Positions 24,061-37,013 of a stretch of 64,000 bases of DNA are shown here, one piece after another. The stretch is from assembly GCF_016433145.1 (NCBI RefSeq), contig NC_058132.1:165721778-165785777 (forward strand), given 5' to 3'. The position numbers and the translations under genes were made by a program. Within the stretch, counting starts at the first letter, position 1; every line of letters begins with the position of its first letter. The notes under the pieces were generated by a model, which saw nothing but the letters and a program-made list of their open reading frames with translations, made no database searches and was not told the origin of the DNA. This DNA is from Gracilinanus agilis. Lineage: Eukaryota.

Positions 24061-24957
24061 AAAAAATGTTCCCAGAGTACTCCTATAGAGGAATAGTACT
24101 CTCTGGCATTTCTATCACTTATTAACCATTTCTGGTTCACAGTTCATTGTTGGAAGGAGTGGTTATAGTCTTGATGGAACACAGACCATATTTATGTAAG
24201 AATGAAGAATTAAGTTCCAGAAACATGACTGTATTGCTCTGATCTCAAGGGAAGAGGGGATGGGATTTAATTTTTATGTTTAATCCCACATGTAGGCCCA
24301 CAATGGAATAAACCAGGGCAGAAAATGGAAACCAAGGAAGAACTAAAGGTCCAGCTATTCTGAAATTGCCACCTTTTTGTAGGCTCATTTGATCCTATCC
24401 AAGAATACTCCACAGAATCTCAACTACAACAAAGCCAACAGACCAATATTGGTTCAGAAATTTCAAGGTAATGGTTTATTTAGAAAATCACTGAGATTTG
24501 ATTAAAAATTAATTATAATAATAAATTCAGCAAAGTGCCAGGGTATAAAATAAATGCAAATAAAATGGTCAGAATTTCATTATATTACCAAAAATCTCAG
24601 CAGAGAGAGACAGAAGTAAAAATTTCATGTAAAATTAATAGAGATGTAAACAGATTTTGGGGAATCTACTGTCTTCATTCTCTATAAATATAATATATGA
24701 ATAAAACTACAAAATATTTTTCATATTTGTTTTGAGTTCTCCCTTCTCATTTTTGATGCTGCTAATTGTTTTGTTTTTATTTTTATTTCAAGAACTTTTA
24801 AATTCATTTATTAATTCAGCAAGCTTTTTTCTTTGGTTATGGAAATCTCTTGTTCGATTTTTTCACATTTTTATTTTGGTCTTTACTTGAGGTTAAACCA
24901 ATTATTAAAAAGTTTTCTTAGGAACCATTATGGAGTGTATAGTAGAAGTGAATCACA

Positions 24958-25141
24958 GGGGACAGCTGGGTAGCTCAGTGGATTGAGAATCAGGCCTAGA
25001 GATGGGAGGTCCTAGGTTCAAATCTGGCCTCAGACACTTCCCAGCTGTGTGACCCTGGGCAAGTCACTTGACCCCCATTGCCCACCCTTACCTCTCTTCC
25101 ACCTATGAGCCAATACACAGAAGTTGAGGGTTTAAAAAAAA
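24958..25141 (+). mobile_element. tRNA-derived SINE (SINE1_Mdo-type)
   Basis: A box TAGCTCAGTGG, B box GGTTCAAATC, A tail, and 14-bp TSD AGA(A/G)GTGAATCACA at 24944-24957 and 25142-25155. Confidence 0.92.
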
Positions 25142-25336
25142 AGAGGTGAATCACAATATGAGGGGTCCTGCCACCCTAATCTTACCAGAAAGCACAATTG
25201 GCTGATACTGGAAATTTTAATTCCTTCCTTCATTTATGCATACTTCTACTTAAAACATATCGAGCCATCCTCAAGGAACTTACAATGTGAGGGAGTTGGG
25301 GGTGGACAGATACAACATACTAAAGAAGCAAGCACA

Positions 25337-25367
25337 GTGTGTGTGTGCGAGTGTGAGTGTGAGTGTG

Positions 25368-25416
<49 letters not shown>
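25337..25416. repeat. Compound microsatellite (GAGTGT)n-(GT)n
   Basis: Directly visible. Confidence 0.95.
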
Positions 25417-25418
<2 letters not shown>

Positions 25419-25639
25419 GTAACATAAACTCCCATGGTGCACAAAAACCTAACATCTTGGAAGAAAATCTTAATGAAACTGGCTTTAGTATTACGCATAG
25501 TAGGGAGAATATTTTCCTTTGGACAGCAATTAACAACTCGCTCTAAGTATCCTGATTCTATATTGCCAAAAGCATATACATTGTTCAACCTCTTGTGTGT
25601 CCTTTTGAGACAGTTAACTGAATCATGTTGAAAAGTCAT

Positions 25640-26400
25640 TGAGATGGTGGCTGTATAAGACATTGTGCAAAAGAGAACTTTTCAGAAAAAAGGATAGAAG
25701 AAAAAGTGGGAAGGCATAGAAGTGTCTGGAAATCAACAATCCATTGTGTGAAGTTAAAGGCTGAAGAGAAGCTTGAATCCCTTAGGAGAAAAAAATAAAC
25801 TCTGTGGTACAATGAATAAACATGGACCTTGTAATTTGTTCTCTCTGAAGAGTCTGATCCCCTGGAGAGACCCTGCTGGATTCTCTCTGTTTCCAAGTGG
25901 GTTCATGAGATTTTTCATCCCCAGAATAAAACCTTCAGTTTCCTATTACCTGTTGACCCTGATGATATCTCTAGCAGCTATTTCTTGCCCTGAATCTGGA
26001 GCAAACTCCTCAGCTGAAGTCACAGTCTATGACTTTAAAGTTTTAAATATCTTCCAGGCCAGTTCAGAGGATGAGGTATGTGTTCTAATTGCCACAATAG
26101 AAAAGGGGTATCAGTGTCTCAGAAGCGGAATTTCTGGTTACTTTTATAAGAAATCTTTCTCCTTCAGGGGCTCAAAAACCCAGTAAGGACCAACACTCAA
26201 ATGTCCAGGCAAAAGAAAGGTAACTGTGGAAAATATTTTTTTGCTTCTAGTTTCTCCATCTTGCCTTGACATCCAGGAGATAATAAGGATTTTATAAAGC
26301 ATTACATCTGTAACCTCTGTCACTGATTGATGTATTGGTCTTTTGGTAGAGTTGAAGGGAGAGTGGGAAGAGAACACGCAAGGATAATGAGGACTTTGGC
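25640..26400 (-). mobile_element. Highly degenerate LTR-retroelement pol remnant (class III ERV-like), duplicated at ~31080-31800
   Basis: Minus-strand translation gives SHSPFNS (RT N-terminal SPFNSP-like), GPYWVFEPLKEK...PLLRH..PF (connection-domain-like) and ETEGFILG. Motif recognition only. Confidence 0.45.
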
Positions 26401-27181
26401 ACCTTTAAGACTCTATTGGTACCTGGCATAATAATAATGAGATCCTTGGTACTTCTTAAGACTGTATTCAGGCAAAGGGACTCTGGATCCAGTCTGCAGG
26501 TAGCTACATACATGGTTCAGTGAATAGAACTCTGGACGGAAAGACTTGAGTTGAAATCCATTCTTAAGTAGTTGATAGTGGTTTTTCTTGGAGCCATGTC
26601 ACTTAATCTCTGTTTGCCTGGTTCCTCTAGTATAAACTGGTGATCATAATAGTATCTTCTCAATATTATTGTGAGTATCAAATGATATTTTAAAGCAAAT
26701 GTCCGATATATTATAGGTGGTATGCAAAACCAGTCATTATTATTTTATTATTAATAACAGTATTAGTATTATTTTAAATAATGAATATAATTTAAAGGTA
26801 CTTTGACCATTGTCAGAGCCTCTTTGATGTATTACTTCATCTCCTCTAATATGAGGACAATAATTAATCTTGATCTAAAGTAGACAAGACAGGGAGGAGG
26901 GAAGGGACAAAGAATGCTACTTTCATGTTTTTCTTTGTGCTTTGGAGTTTGAGGAATCAATCAAACTCAGGATCAGTTTTTTTTCAATCCTCCAGCTCAT
27001 GGAGACTCTCAACTCAATCAAAACCTCTGGATATCTTGGGGATGATAAGAATATAACTGGCATGGCATGGTGAGGATGGTTTCCAGAGACGTCCAAAAGT
27101 GCTCCATTTTCATAATTGGGGAAGAGCCTGCTGCTTCTGGTATGACTTCTCTCCTCTCCTTATAGATCCATCAAAAGGAGA

Positions 27182-28135
27182 ATGCTTTTGGAAAATGACT
27201 CTTCAGTGACTGAGTTCATTCTTGCAGGTTTAACAGATCAACCAGATCTCCAGATCCCCTTATTCCTTCTCTTTTTAGGGGTCTATGTGATCACTATAGT
27301 GGGAAACCTGGGACTGATCATTTTAATCATGATGAATTCTCACCTTCACACTCCTATGTACTATTTCCTCTTCAACTTGTCTTTCATTGATCTTTGGTAC
27401 TCCTCTGTCTTTACTCCCAAAATGTTGATGAATTTTATTTTAGAGAAAAATATCATCTCCTATTCAGGATGTATGGCTCAGCTCTTTTTCTTCTGTTTTT
27501 TTGTTATTTCTGAATGCCATGTGTTGACAATAATGGCTTATGATCGTTATATTGCCATCTGTAATCCATTGTTATATAATGTCATTATGTCCTATCAGGT
27601 CTGTTCATGTCTATTGGGTTGGTCTTATACAATAGGGTTTGCTGGTGCAATGGCTCACACTGGATGCATGCTGAGACTGTCCTTCTGTGATGACAATATC
27701 ATAAACCATTACATGTGTGATATATTGCCCCTCCTCCAGCTCTCCTGCACCAGCACCTATGCCAATGAGCTGGTGGTTTTCATTACTGTGGGCTTTAACG
27801 TCATAGTGACTAGTGTCACCATCTTCACCTCTTATGCTCTCATCCTGTCCAGTATCCTGAGCATCAGTTCCAGGGAAGGCAGGTCTAAAGCCTTTAGTAC
27901 CTGCAGCTCCCACATACTTGTTGTTGCTCTTTTCTTTGGGTCAGCTTTATTCGTGTATCTTAAACCTGCTTCCTCAGAGGTTGTGGACCAGGGGAAAGTA
28001 TCTTCAATCTTTTACACAAATATGGGGCCTATGCTAAACCCCCTTATTTATAGTTTGAGGAATAAAGATGTTCAAATTGCCTTAAAGAAAACCTTGAGAA
28101 AAATGTTCTCCAGAACAGGAATAGGATTTTCATAA
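27182..28135 (+). CDS. Olfactory receptor family 8, OR8B-like (317 aa, intact)
   Basis: All OR motifs intact, including [24 protein letters not shown] and [15 protein letters not shown]; splice acceptor ends at 27165. Confidence 0.96.
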   Translation: MLLENDSSVTEFILAGLTDQPDLQIPLFLLFLGVYVITIVGNLGLIILIMMNSHLHTPMYYFLFNLSFIDLWYSSVFTPKMLMNFILEKNIISYSGCMAQLFFFCFFVISECHVLTIMAYDRYIAICNPLLYNVIMSYQVCSCLLGWSYTIGFAGAMAHTGCMLRLSFCDDNIINHYMCDILPLLQLSCTSTYANELVVFITVGFNVIVTSVTIFTSYALILSSILSISSREGRSKAFSTCSSHILVVALFFGSALFVYLKPASSEVVDQGKVSSIFYTNMGPMLNPLIYSLRNKDVQIALKKTLRKMFSRTGIGFS

Positions 28136-31100
28136 TGTGAAATAAATTTTTTTCTTTTCTTTTTGATTAATTATAATTTTCTCAGGAAGGAATCTTTACC
28201 TTAATTCATTTCTCCCTATTTCCTATTGTCCAATATTCTTGCAGAAGGACTTCCTTTGGTTTTAAACTTTCAGTGGGAAATGTGCTAAATTGAACATCAG
28301 AAATCAGAGCTTTGATTCTGGATGTTTCTTCTCTTTGAAACCGGCCAAGTGACTTAACCTTCCTGGACTCTTTCATGTGTCATCATGGTGGTAGTTGGAC
28401 TCTGTGGACGATAATATCATTTATAAAGATAAATCTGTGATCTAATACTCTCTGTGAAAATGTAAATACCACATCAAAATATTTAATAAATCATATCTTA
28501 TTTACGGAAATGACTCAGTCTTTGTCAATTGTTGATTGTTAGTAATTCAGTAAAATAAAGTTGAGGGTAATTTATCTGGGAGATAGCAATAAAATGTCCA
28601 AATGATGTAGCTATAGTAGAATACTCAGACTCCCCACCTCCACTCACAATCACATTTAACTGACCACGTAGAACTTTTCAGTTCTGTATTTTTGTTATTT
28701 TTCTATCAAAATTGTTATAAAATTTGAATAAGGGCACAAAGTTTAATTTGTCTCTAACTTGAAAACCCAAAGTTATTTTTTCTTTCATTTTTTCTCTGAC
28801 TGAAATCTCATTGCTTCTAGGCAAAGCTACCTTTATTGGAAGGTAATACAGATGTTTTCCATTTCTCTCAATTGATGTACAATTGGCTGGTCTGGCTCAG
28901 AAGAATAAAAAAACATTCCCAATATAATGGAAATGGTAATACATTTGAAACTAGGAAAGGATGAGAAATGGACAATTAAAGATAATAGTTATGACTAAAG
29001 AAATTTTATTTTCTGAAAAAATACTAGTAGGAAAAGTTTTTATAATAGTTATTCCATGTGAGAGACTTGATCAAGATGATTTGAATTATAAAACTTTCCT
29101 ATAGGAATTTTCCAAATCTGTTCCCTCAGAATGGAAAAAGCATTAAAATTTTTCTCTCCTTTAATATTTGTCAGAAGTCAATTAGAAGAATGGGAAGACG
29201 TTTGGTGCTTACGGTTTTCTATATCCTCCTCCCTTCCTACTTTTCTAATTTACTTACATGTTCCTTTTCTGCCCACTCCTTGCAGTTAACTCTAATGGCC
29301 TACTTGCACTTCAGCTATATCAATACATCTTCATCCTAATGCTTTGCACTGGGTGGACAGTATATATGGAATACACTGCTTTCTCACCCAGAACTCTTAG
29401 AATATCTAGCTTCCTTCAACGCATTTTGAGTTCCACTTTCTTCACAATACCTTTCTAAATTTCCCTCACAATTTGTTCTTTCTTCTTGTATTATGGGGTG
29501 TGTAACTGTATAGCCTGTAGTAAAGATTCAGTTCTGGTACAGTTTATTGGTTATATTCTCCTTGATATTTTCAAGTTTTTATTTATAGTATGAGGATTTG
29601 CCATTTTTGAGTCATGAATAGTAATGAACCTCTAATGTTTAAGTATAGTTAACAGGTAATATCTGTGAGGCATATTTAAAATGCTCAACTTTTAAATCTC
29701 ACAGTGAAGCACTTCATAGTTTTTACCATTTCCTTTCATGATTACCTTTCATCTTTATGGATAAACCATATGTAATTTTGTATAATGATGATATAGTCCT
29801 GAATTTCCTTCTCTTTTTACAAACAAATCCATGTGACTAAGCTATTTATTCAATAGCTATGTGTGGATATATCATTGGATTAATTTATAGGTATATTTTA
29901 CATGGAGGACTTTTTGGTTCCAGTATTAGAAAGCTATTGAATTAGCTCTTTCATATGTATAGTTCTTGCATAACCTCCTCCACAATGGTCTAGGATGTGT
30001 ACCAAATCAAATTCTGAACAGAGAAGTAAAAATAAAGTCACAGTGAACTTTTTTCCCAGGCCAGAACAGTTTATGAATTTCAAAAGAGGTCTGTAGATAT
30101 AAGGGTGGGGGCCACTCAGGAGCAGAGTTGAACAGTAGATTAAGGTGTACTGGGTTGTGGCAATGACATCAGTATCAGGAAGAAGCTCTGTGCCTAGTGA
30201 TAGTAAGGGGACTGAACACAGGTCATAAAGTTCCCAGGGTACCCCTGTCTTAGAATTAGGTACAGGAATAGGTACTAGCTGGCATCTCTATCACTTATTA
30301 ATCATTTTTGGTTCACAGTTTGTTGGTGGAAGGAGCAATCATAATTTTGAGGGAACAAGGACATTATCCATGTAAAAATCAAGAATGGGGTTCCAGAAAC
30401 ATGACAATGTTGCTCTGAACTCAAAGGAAGACTTTTAGTTCAATCTTTAACCCCACATGTAGGCCCTCAGTGGAATAAACCAGGGCAGAAAATGGAAAAC
30501 AAGGGAATTGACAGTCTAGCTATTCTGAAATTGTAGCCTCTTTGCAGGTGGATTCTGATTGTGTCACAGAATATCAGTCACAACAAAGCCAACAGACTCA
30601 CACTAGGTCAGAAACTGCAATTTAAAAGTTAATTTAGGGAATTTTTGAGATTCAATTAAAATTTAATTATAATAATAATTTCAACAAAATACTAGGGTAT
30701 AAAGTAAATCCAAATAAAATGATCAGCATTTCTTTATATTACCAAAAATCTCAGCAATAAGAGAGAGAAAGAAAAATTCCCTTTAAAATTACTACAGATT
30801 TTATCAGATAAAGGGGGTCTATGTTCTTTCTCTTTAAATAAAACTATATGATTACAAGGATAAAGAATTTTTCACATTTGTTTTGAGCTCCCCCTTCTCA
30901 TTTTTGATGCTACTACTTGTTTTGTTTTAATGGACATCAATTAACAACTTGCTCTAAGTATCCTGATTCTATATTGCCAAAAGCATACACATTGTTCAAC
31001 CTCCCACATGTCCTTTTGAGACAGTTAACTGAATCATACTGAAAAGTCATTGAGATGGTGGCTGTATAAGACATTGTGCAAAAGAGAACTCAGAACAAAG

Positions 31101-31814
31101 GGCAGAAGAAAGTTGGAGAAGGAGTAGAAGAGCCTGAGAATCAATACTCTCTTGTGTGATATTAAAGATGGAAGAGAAGATTGAATCCCTTAGGAGAAAA
31201 AATAAGATCTTTGGTATAGTAAATAAACATGAAGTTTTAATTTGTTCTCTCTGAAGAGTCTGATCCCCTGGAGAGATCCTGCTGGATCCTCTCTGTTTCC
31301 AAGTGGGTCCATGAGATTTTCATCCCTAGAATAAAACCTTCAGTTTCCTATTACCTGTTGAACCTGATGACATCTCTAGGAGCTATTTCTTGCCCTGAAA
31401 CTAGAGCAAACTCTCCAGGTAGAGTCACAGTCAGAACTTTTAATCTTATACTTCAAAATTTTTCCCAGGCCAGTTCAGAGGCTGAGGGATGTATTCTGAT
31501 TGCCTCAGTAGGAAAGGGAGTATCAGTGTCTCAGGGGCAGAATTTCTGGTCACTTTTATCAGAACTATTTCTCCTTCAGGGGATCAAACCCAGTAAGGAC
31601 CAACACTTAAGTGTCCAGGCATTAGAAAGGTAAGTGTGGAGAACATTTTTCACTTCTGTTTTCTCCTTCATACCTTGCCAGCCAGGAAATATGAAGATTC
31701 TATAAAGCATCATGTTTGTAACCTCTGTCACTGATTGATATATTGGTCTTTTGGTAGAGTTGAAGGGAGAGTGGGAAGAGAACTTGCAAGGATATGAGAA
31801 CTTTGACACCTTTA

Positions 31815-32018
31815 AATTTTTTAAAACCCTTATCTTCTGTCATGGAGCCAATACTGAGTATTGGCTCCAGGGCAGAAGAGTGGTAAGGGCTAGGCAATGT
31901 GGGTTAAGTGACTTGCCCAGGGTCACACATCTAGGAAATGTCTGAGGCCAGATTTGAACCTAGGACCTCCCATCTCTAGGCCTGCCTCTCAATCCACTGA
32001 GCTAAGCAGCTGCTCCCC
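31815..32018 (-). mobile_element. tRNA-derived SINE (SINE1_Mdo-type), specific to duplication unit C
   Basis: Reverse A/B boxes; TSD CTTTG(A/G)CACCTTTA at 31801-31814 and 32019-32032; the paralogous empty site is at ~26394-26407. Confidence 0.92.
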
Positions 32019-32866
32019 CTTTGGCACCTTTAAGACTCTATTGTTATTTGGTATAATGACAATGAGATCCTTTGTACTCCTTAAGACTGTATTTAGGCAA
32101 AGGGACTCTGGATACAGTTTGAAGGCAGCTACATAAGATGGCTCAGTGGATACAACTCTGGACATTCAGTCAGAAAGACGTGAGTTTAAATCCAACTTTT
32201 AGTAGTTCATAGCTGTGTTTCTTAGATCTATGTCACTTAAACTGGGTTTGTCTGGTTCCTCCATTCTAAACTGGTGATCATAATACTATCTACTTCTCAA
32301 TATTATTGTATCAAAGGATATTTTAAAGCAAGAGTCTGATATATTATTGATAGTATGCAAATGCTAGCCATTATTATTTTATTATTAATAACAGTATTAG
32401 AATTATTTTAAATAATATAATTTAAAAATACTTTGACCATTGTCATTGTCAGAACCTCTTTGATGTATTATATTTCTTCTTCTCCTCTGATATGAGGACA
32501 ATAATTAGTATTGATCTAAAGTAGACAAGACAGGGAGGAGGGAAAGGACAAAGAATGCTACTTTCATTTTTTTTTAATTTCTTTTTGCTTTGGAGTTTGA
32601 GGAACATCATCTCTTATTCAGCAATGGAACTCAGAAGCAGTTTTTTTTTGCAATCCTCCAGCTCATGGAGACTCTCAGCTCAATCAAAACCTCTGGATAT
32701 CTTGGGGATGATAAGANATCTTGGGAATGATAAGAACATAACTGGCATGGCATGGTGAGGATGGCTTCCAGAGACTTCCAAAAGTGCTCTATTTTCATAA
32801 TTGGGATAGAACCTCTTTCTTCTGGTATGATTTCTCTCCTCTCTTTATAGATCCCTCAAGAGGAGA

Positions 32867-34668
32867 ATGGCTTTGGAAAATGATTCTTCAGGTGACTGAG
32901 TTCATTCTTGCAGGCTTAACAGATTGATTAGATCTCCAGCTTCCCCTATTCCTACTGTTTCTAGTGGTCTACCTGATCACTTTAGTGGGAAACCTGGGAC
33001 TGATCATTTTAATCATACTCCTATGTACTATTTCCTTTTCAAATTGTTTTTTCATTGATTTTTGGTACTCCTCTGTCTTTACTCCCAAAATGCTGATGAA
33101 TTTTATTTTAGCAAAAAATATCATCTCCTACTCAGGATGTATGGCTCAGCTCTACTTTTACTGTTTTTTTTTTGTTATTTCTGAATGCTACATGTTGACA
33201 ATAATGGCTTATGATCGTTATGTTGCCATCTATAACCCATTGCTATATAATGTCACTATGTCCTATCAGGTCTGTTCATGTCCATTGGGTTGGGCTTATG
33301 TAATGGGGTTTGCTGGTGTAATGGCTCAGACTGGATTCATGCTGAAAGTGTCTTTCTGTGATGACAATGTCATAAGTCATTACATGTGTCCTGCGTCTGC
33401 CCTCCTCCTACTCTCCTGCACCAGCACTTATGCCAATAAGCTGGTGGTTTAAATTGTTGTGGGCACTAACGTCACAGTGACTAGTGTCACCATCTTCACC
33501 TCTTATGTTCTCATCCTTTCTAGTATCCTGAACATCACTTCCAGTGAAGGCAAGTCCAAAGCCTTCAGTACCTGAAGCTCCCATATAATTGTTGTTGCTC
33601 TTTTCTTTGGATCAGCTTCATTCACATATCTCAAAACATTTTACTCACAGGCTGTTGAGCAGGGCAAAGTGTCTTCAGTCTTTTACACAAATATGGTACC
33701 TACGCTAAACCCCCTCATTTATAGCCTTAGGAATAAAGATGTTCAAATTGCTTTGAGGAACTGTGGGATCCATATTTCTGAGAGGGGTTCGAGCTGCATC
33801 ACAGAATTCCATAGTGCCCCCCACAACTCTAAGGGAGGGGGCAGTTAAAGGCAGTTGGAGTCCTGGTATAAAAGTGAGGTCACCACTCTTGCAAGGATCC
33901 TGGTTCTTTGCTCTTGGCTCTGAGCAGAGGGACACTCTAGGTAGCTCAGGGGCTAAGACAATCTCTGGCAGCCAGGGCTGCTTTACTTTGTTAGACCTTC
34001 AAGCAAGTCCACAGTCTACCTTAGTTTAGCTATCTAGGTTTAGAAAGAAGAATATTTAGGGGCTTAGGTAGGAGGTCAGCTATTCAAGATACGTTTCCCC
34101 CTTTGGGGGGAGAGGCTGCCTTTTGACATAGCTGATTTAAATAGTTTTCTCTTCCTATTCCCCTTCCTATTCCATTAAACCCTTATCATCTAGGAACTGT
34201 ATCTGGATACAGATAATTTGGGGAAATACTCACATCCTCCATAAGCCAAGTTCCTCTTACTAGTGGCTCTGAAGTTGATCTTAACTCCTGAGCCAGTGGG
34301 CTGCTCCTAAGACATCAAGCTTCACCTATTCTCTCCTGTGGGGAGATTATAATATAGAGAAAAATTATCATAAGGGTTTAGTCTTTACCATTATTAGCTT
34401 GGATCCTGAATTTACCTAACCAATTCCAGCCTCCATAGTTTAACTGAAAGAAACAGTAACTGATTTTAACAGCTCACTGAGTGGGGGTTGAGGAATATTC
34501 TACTCCCTCACTTTTGCTCCTCCCATCCAATCTAGTTTGCTGCTTCTCCAAAGACCTGGGATTGGGGAGACTTCATTGCCACTGACCTCTATCATCTTAC
34601 AGTTTTCCTAATTCTACAGGAACACCTTGAGAAAAATGTTTTCCAGATCAGAAGCAGGATTTTCATAA
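32867..34668 (+). pseudogene. OR8B-like pseudogene
   Basis: ATG at 32867; +1 G near 32891; early stops; ~19-bp deletion removing MNSHLH; TAA at 33450-33452; TGA replacing the Cys of STCSSH; solo LTR inserted after KDVQIALR. The C-terminus ([14 protein letters not shown]) resumes at 34624-34668. Confidence 0.95.
33762..34618 (+). mobile_element. Solo LTR (857 bp, 5-bp TSD), related to the LTR of the 8699-19667 provirus
   Basis: TGTGGGA...TTCTACA; TSD GGAAC at 33757-33761 and 34619-34623; TATAAAA at 33867 and ATTAAA at 34174. Shares blocks with the reverse complement of the proviral LTR (CAGAATTCCATAG, GAGGGGGCAGTTAAAGGCA, CCCCTTTGGGGGGAG, GGAAATACTCACA, AAGACATCAAGCTT, CAGTAACTGATTTT). Confidence 0.93.
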
Positions 34669-36960
34669 AGTGATATAAATGTTTTCTTTTCTTTCTGATT
34701 AATTACAATTTTCTCAGGAAGGAAACTTTACCCAAATTCCTTTCTCTCTTTTTTCTATTGCTCAGTATTCTACCAGAAAGGACTTACTTCCTTTGGTTTA
34801 AAGATTCAGTGGGAAATGTGCTAAATTTAAAGTCAGAAATGAGAGTTTTAATCTGGATATTTTATCTCCATATTTGGGCTCTGTGGACTCTAAGGTCATT
34901 TATAAGGATAAAGCTATTTCCTGATATCCTCTGTGAAAATGTAAATACCACATAGAATTATTCAATAAATTTATATCTTAATTATGGCAAATGGCTCTGT
35001 CTTTGTCAATTGTTAATTATCAGTAATTCAGTAAAAGAAAACTTGAGGGTAATTTGCCTGGAACATAGGAATAAAATGTTCAAATGATGTAGATGTAATG
35101 TAATCCTCTGCTCCCCATTCACAAAACAAGTTTAACCTAGATCTTTTAAGTACTCTATTTTTGTTATTTTTAAATAAAATTTTAATAAAATTTGTATATG
35201 GGCACGAAGTTTATTTTGTTGCTAACTTAAAAACCCAAAGTAATTTTCTTTTACTTTTTCTCTGACTAAAATCCCATTGCATCTAGGTAAAACTGCCTTT
35301 TATTGGAAAGTGATACAGATGTTTTCTGTCTCACACAATAGATGTACAATAGGGCTGGCCTTGGCTCGAAACAATAAATAAACATTCCCTGTGTAATTGA
35401 TAAGGAGATCCATTTGAAATTAGGAAGTTATAAGAAATGGACAATTAAAGATACATGTTTTCATAAAAAAAATTTTTATTTTCTGAAAAAAATGCTAGAA
35501 GGAAAGGTTCTTACAATATTTACTTTATGTAAGAGATGTGATCAAATTCATTTGAATTATAAAGCTTTCCTGAAGGAACTTTCCAAATTGTTTGAACCTC
35601 TCTAAATGGAAAAGGTATTTTAATTTTTCTGTCCTATGACAGCATTTATCCTTATGGATAACCCATTTGTAATTTCTGATAATGATAATATGGTCCTGAA
35701 TTTCTCTTTCTTTTCATAATCAAATTTACATGACTATTCTATTTATTGAACAGCTACTTTGTGGATATACCATGGGATCAATTTACATGTATATTTTAAA
35801 TGGAGGTCTTTTTGGTTCCATTATTAGAAAGCTATTGAGTTAGTTCTTTTATATGTTCTGTCAGGAATGATTTATTTTCTGTTATATTAACTCAATAATG
35901 TAATACATCCATTGTTATAATTTACTACTGTTCAAAGAGGTCATGTCTACTTCTTTTAAAAATTATTTCTGTAGGTTTTGATCATATGCATTTAGAATAT
36001 GTCAAACTTTCTTCTTTTTGTCAAGGGAATCTTAATCTTTGTTTTTTATTGAAATTGTATGGATTTTTGTGAAGACACTTCTTAAATCTATTAAGGTCCA
36101 CTTGAAAATTCTAAGAGTATGTATTATGTCTGTTATTTCATAGATATTACTTTCTTTAAATGCAATTTTCCATTCACCTTACATTTTTGACTGCCAGTAA
36201 GGCTTCTAAAGTATTTAGTCACGGTGTTCTTGATATCTTTAAACTCAATATGTCTTTCTGGGGTACACCAAGGAATTTGTAGTTATTATATCCATAGACT
36301 ATACCTGGGTCATCTCTAAATTCTAGTTCAACTCTTTCACATGAATTTAAATTAATTTAAATCCAAGTTATATTTTTAGATCACGGGGAAAAAGTCATGA
36401 ATATAGGAGATATTTAATGTTTCCATTGAATCCATATAACTTGATATCTTCCACATACACTGAGTGATTATACATTGTGCATTGACACTATACATTGAGC
36501 AAATGAGATATTTTGTTTTGATTTCTTTTTTTGAAACTTGGAAATGATAATTAGTTCTATTTAGGAGAGATGATAGTAAATTTAAATCTAGGAAGAACCA
36601 TATTGACTTAAAACTGTTTCCCTGAAAAATGCTACATAAAAATTATTTGCTTTTGATATTATTATGTTAGTGGCATATTTTAAATAGAGCTAATTTTCTC
36701 ACAGATACCAAGTATTCTTTTATCTTCAGTGGGATTATTTACTTTTTTTCTATTTGCAGCATAGAAGTCAAGAGTGCAAAACTTAGTGAAAGGATTTTGC
36801 TGCTCCTACTTTGCTTGCTTTAGTAGTCAGCATCATTAACTATCAAACATTTTTTTAAGATGGGTAGTGATAGATCCAACTTGTTCACATTTATCTTCCC
36901 TGATTTTGGTACCAGAATATAAAAGAGCTTTACTTACTCTAATAGCCCACATTTCACATT

Positions 36961-37013
36961 CATTATCATCATCAATCATACAATTATCATCATCATCATC
37001 ATCATCATCATCA
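36961..37013. repeat. (CAT)n microsatellite
   Basis: Directly visible. Confidence 0.9.

Larger units (their letters stand above)
24065..35855 (+). repeat. Two tandem ~6-kb OR duplication units (B ~24065-29960, C ~30230-35855), homologous to unit A (1-~4840)
   Basis: Collinear similarity of non-coding flanks: 24065-24520 with 30230-30740, 25480-27180 with 30930-32865, 28135-29150 with 34670-35640, 29760-29960 with 35655-35855. Unit A 4620-4820 matches 29510-29700. Confidence 0.85.

Noticed and set aside
24958-25141. tRNA-like A/B boxes as tRNA genes (also 31815-32018, 38188-38376)
   Set aside because: They are SINE heads with core, A tail and TSDs, not cloverleaf tRNAs.
25246-25663. ORFs with THTHTH, CVCVCE or poly-D/poly-S runs (also 36836-37136)
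   Set aside because: Translations of (GT)n/(GAGTGT)n and (CAT)n microsatellites.
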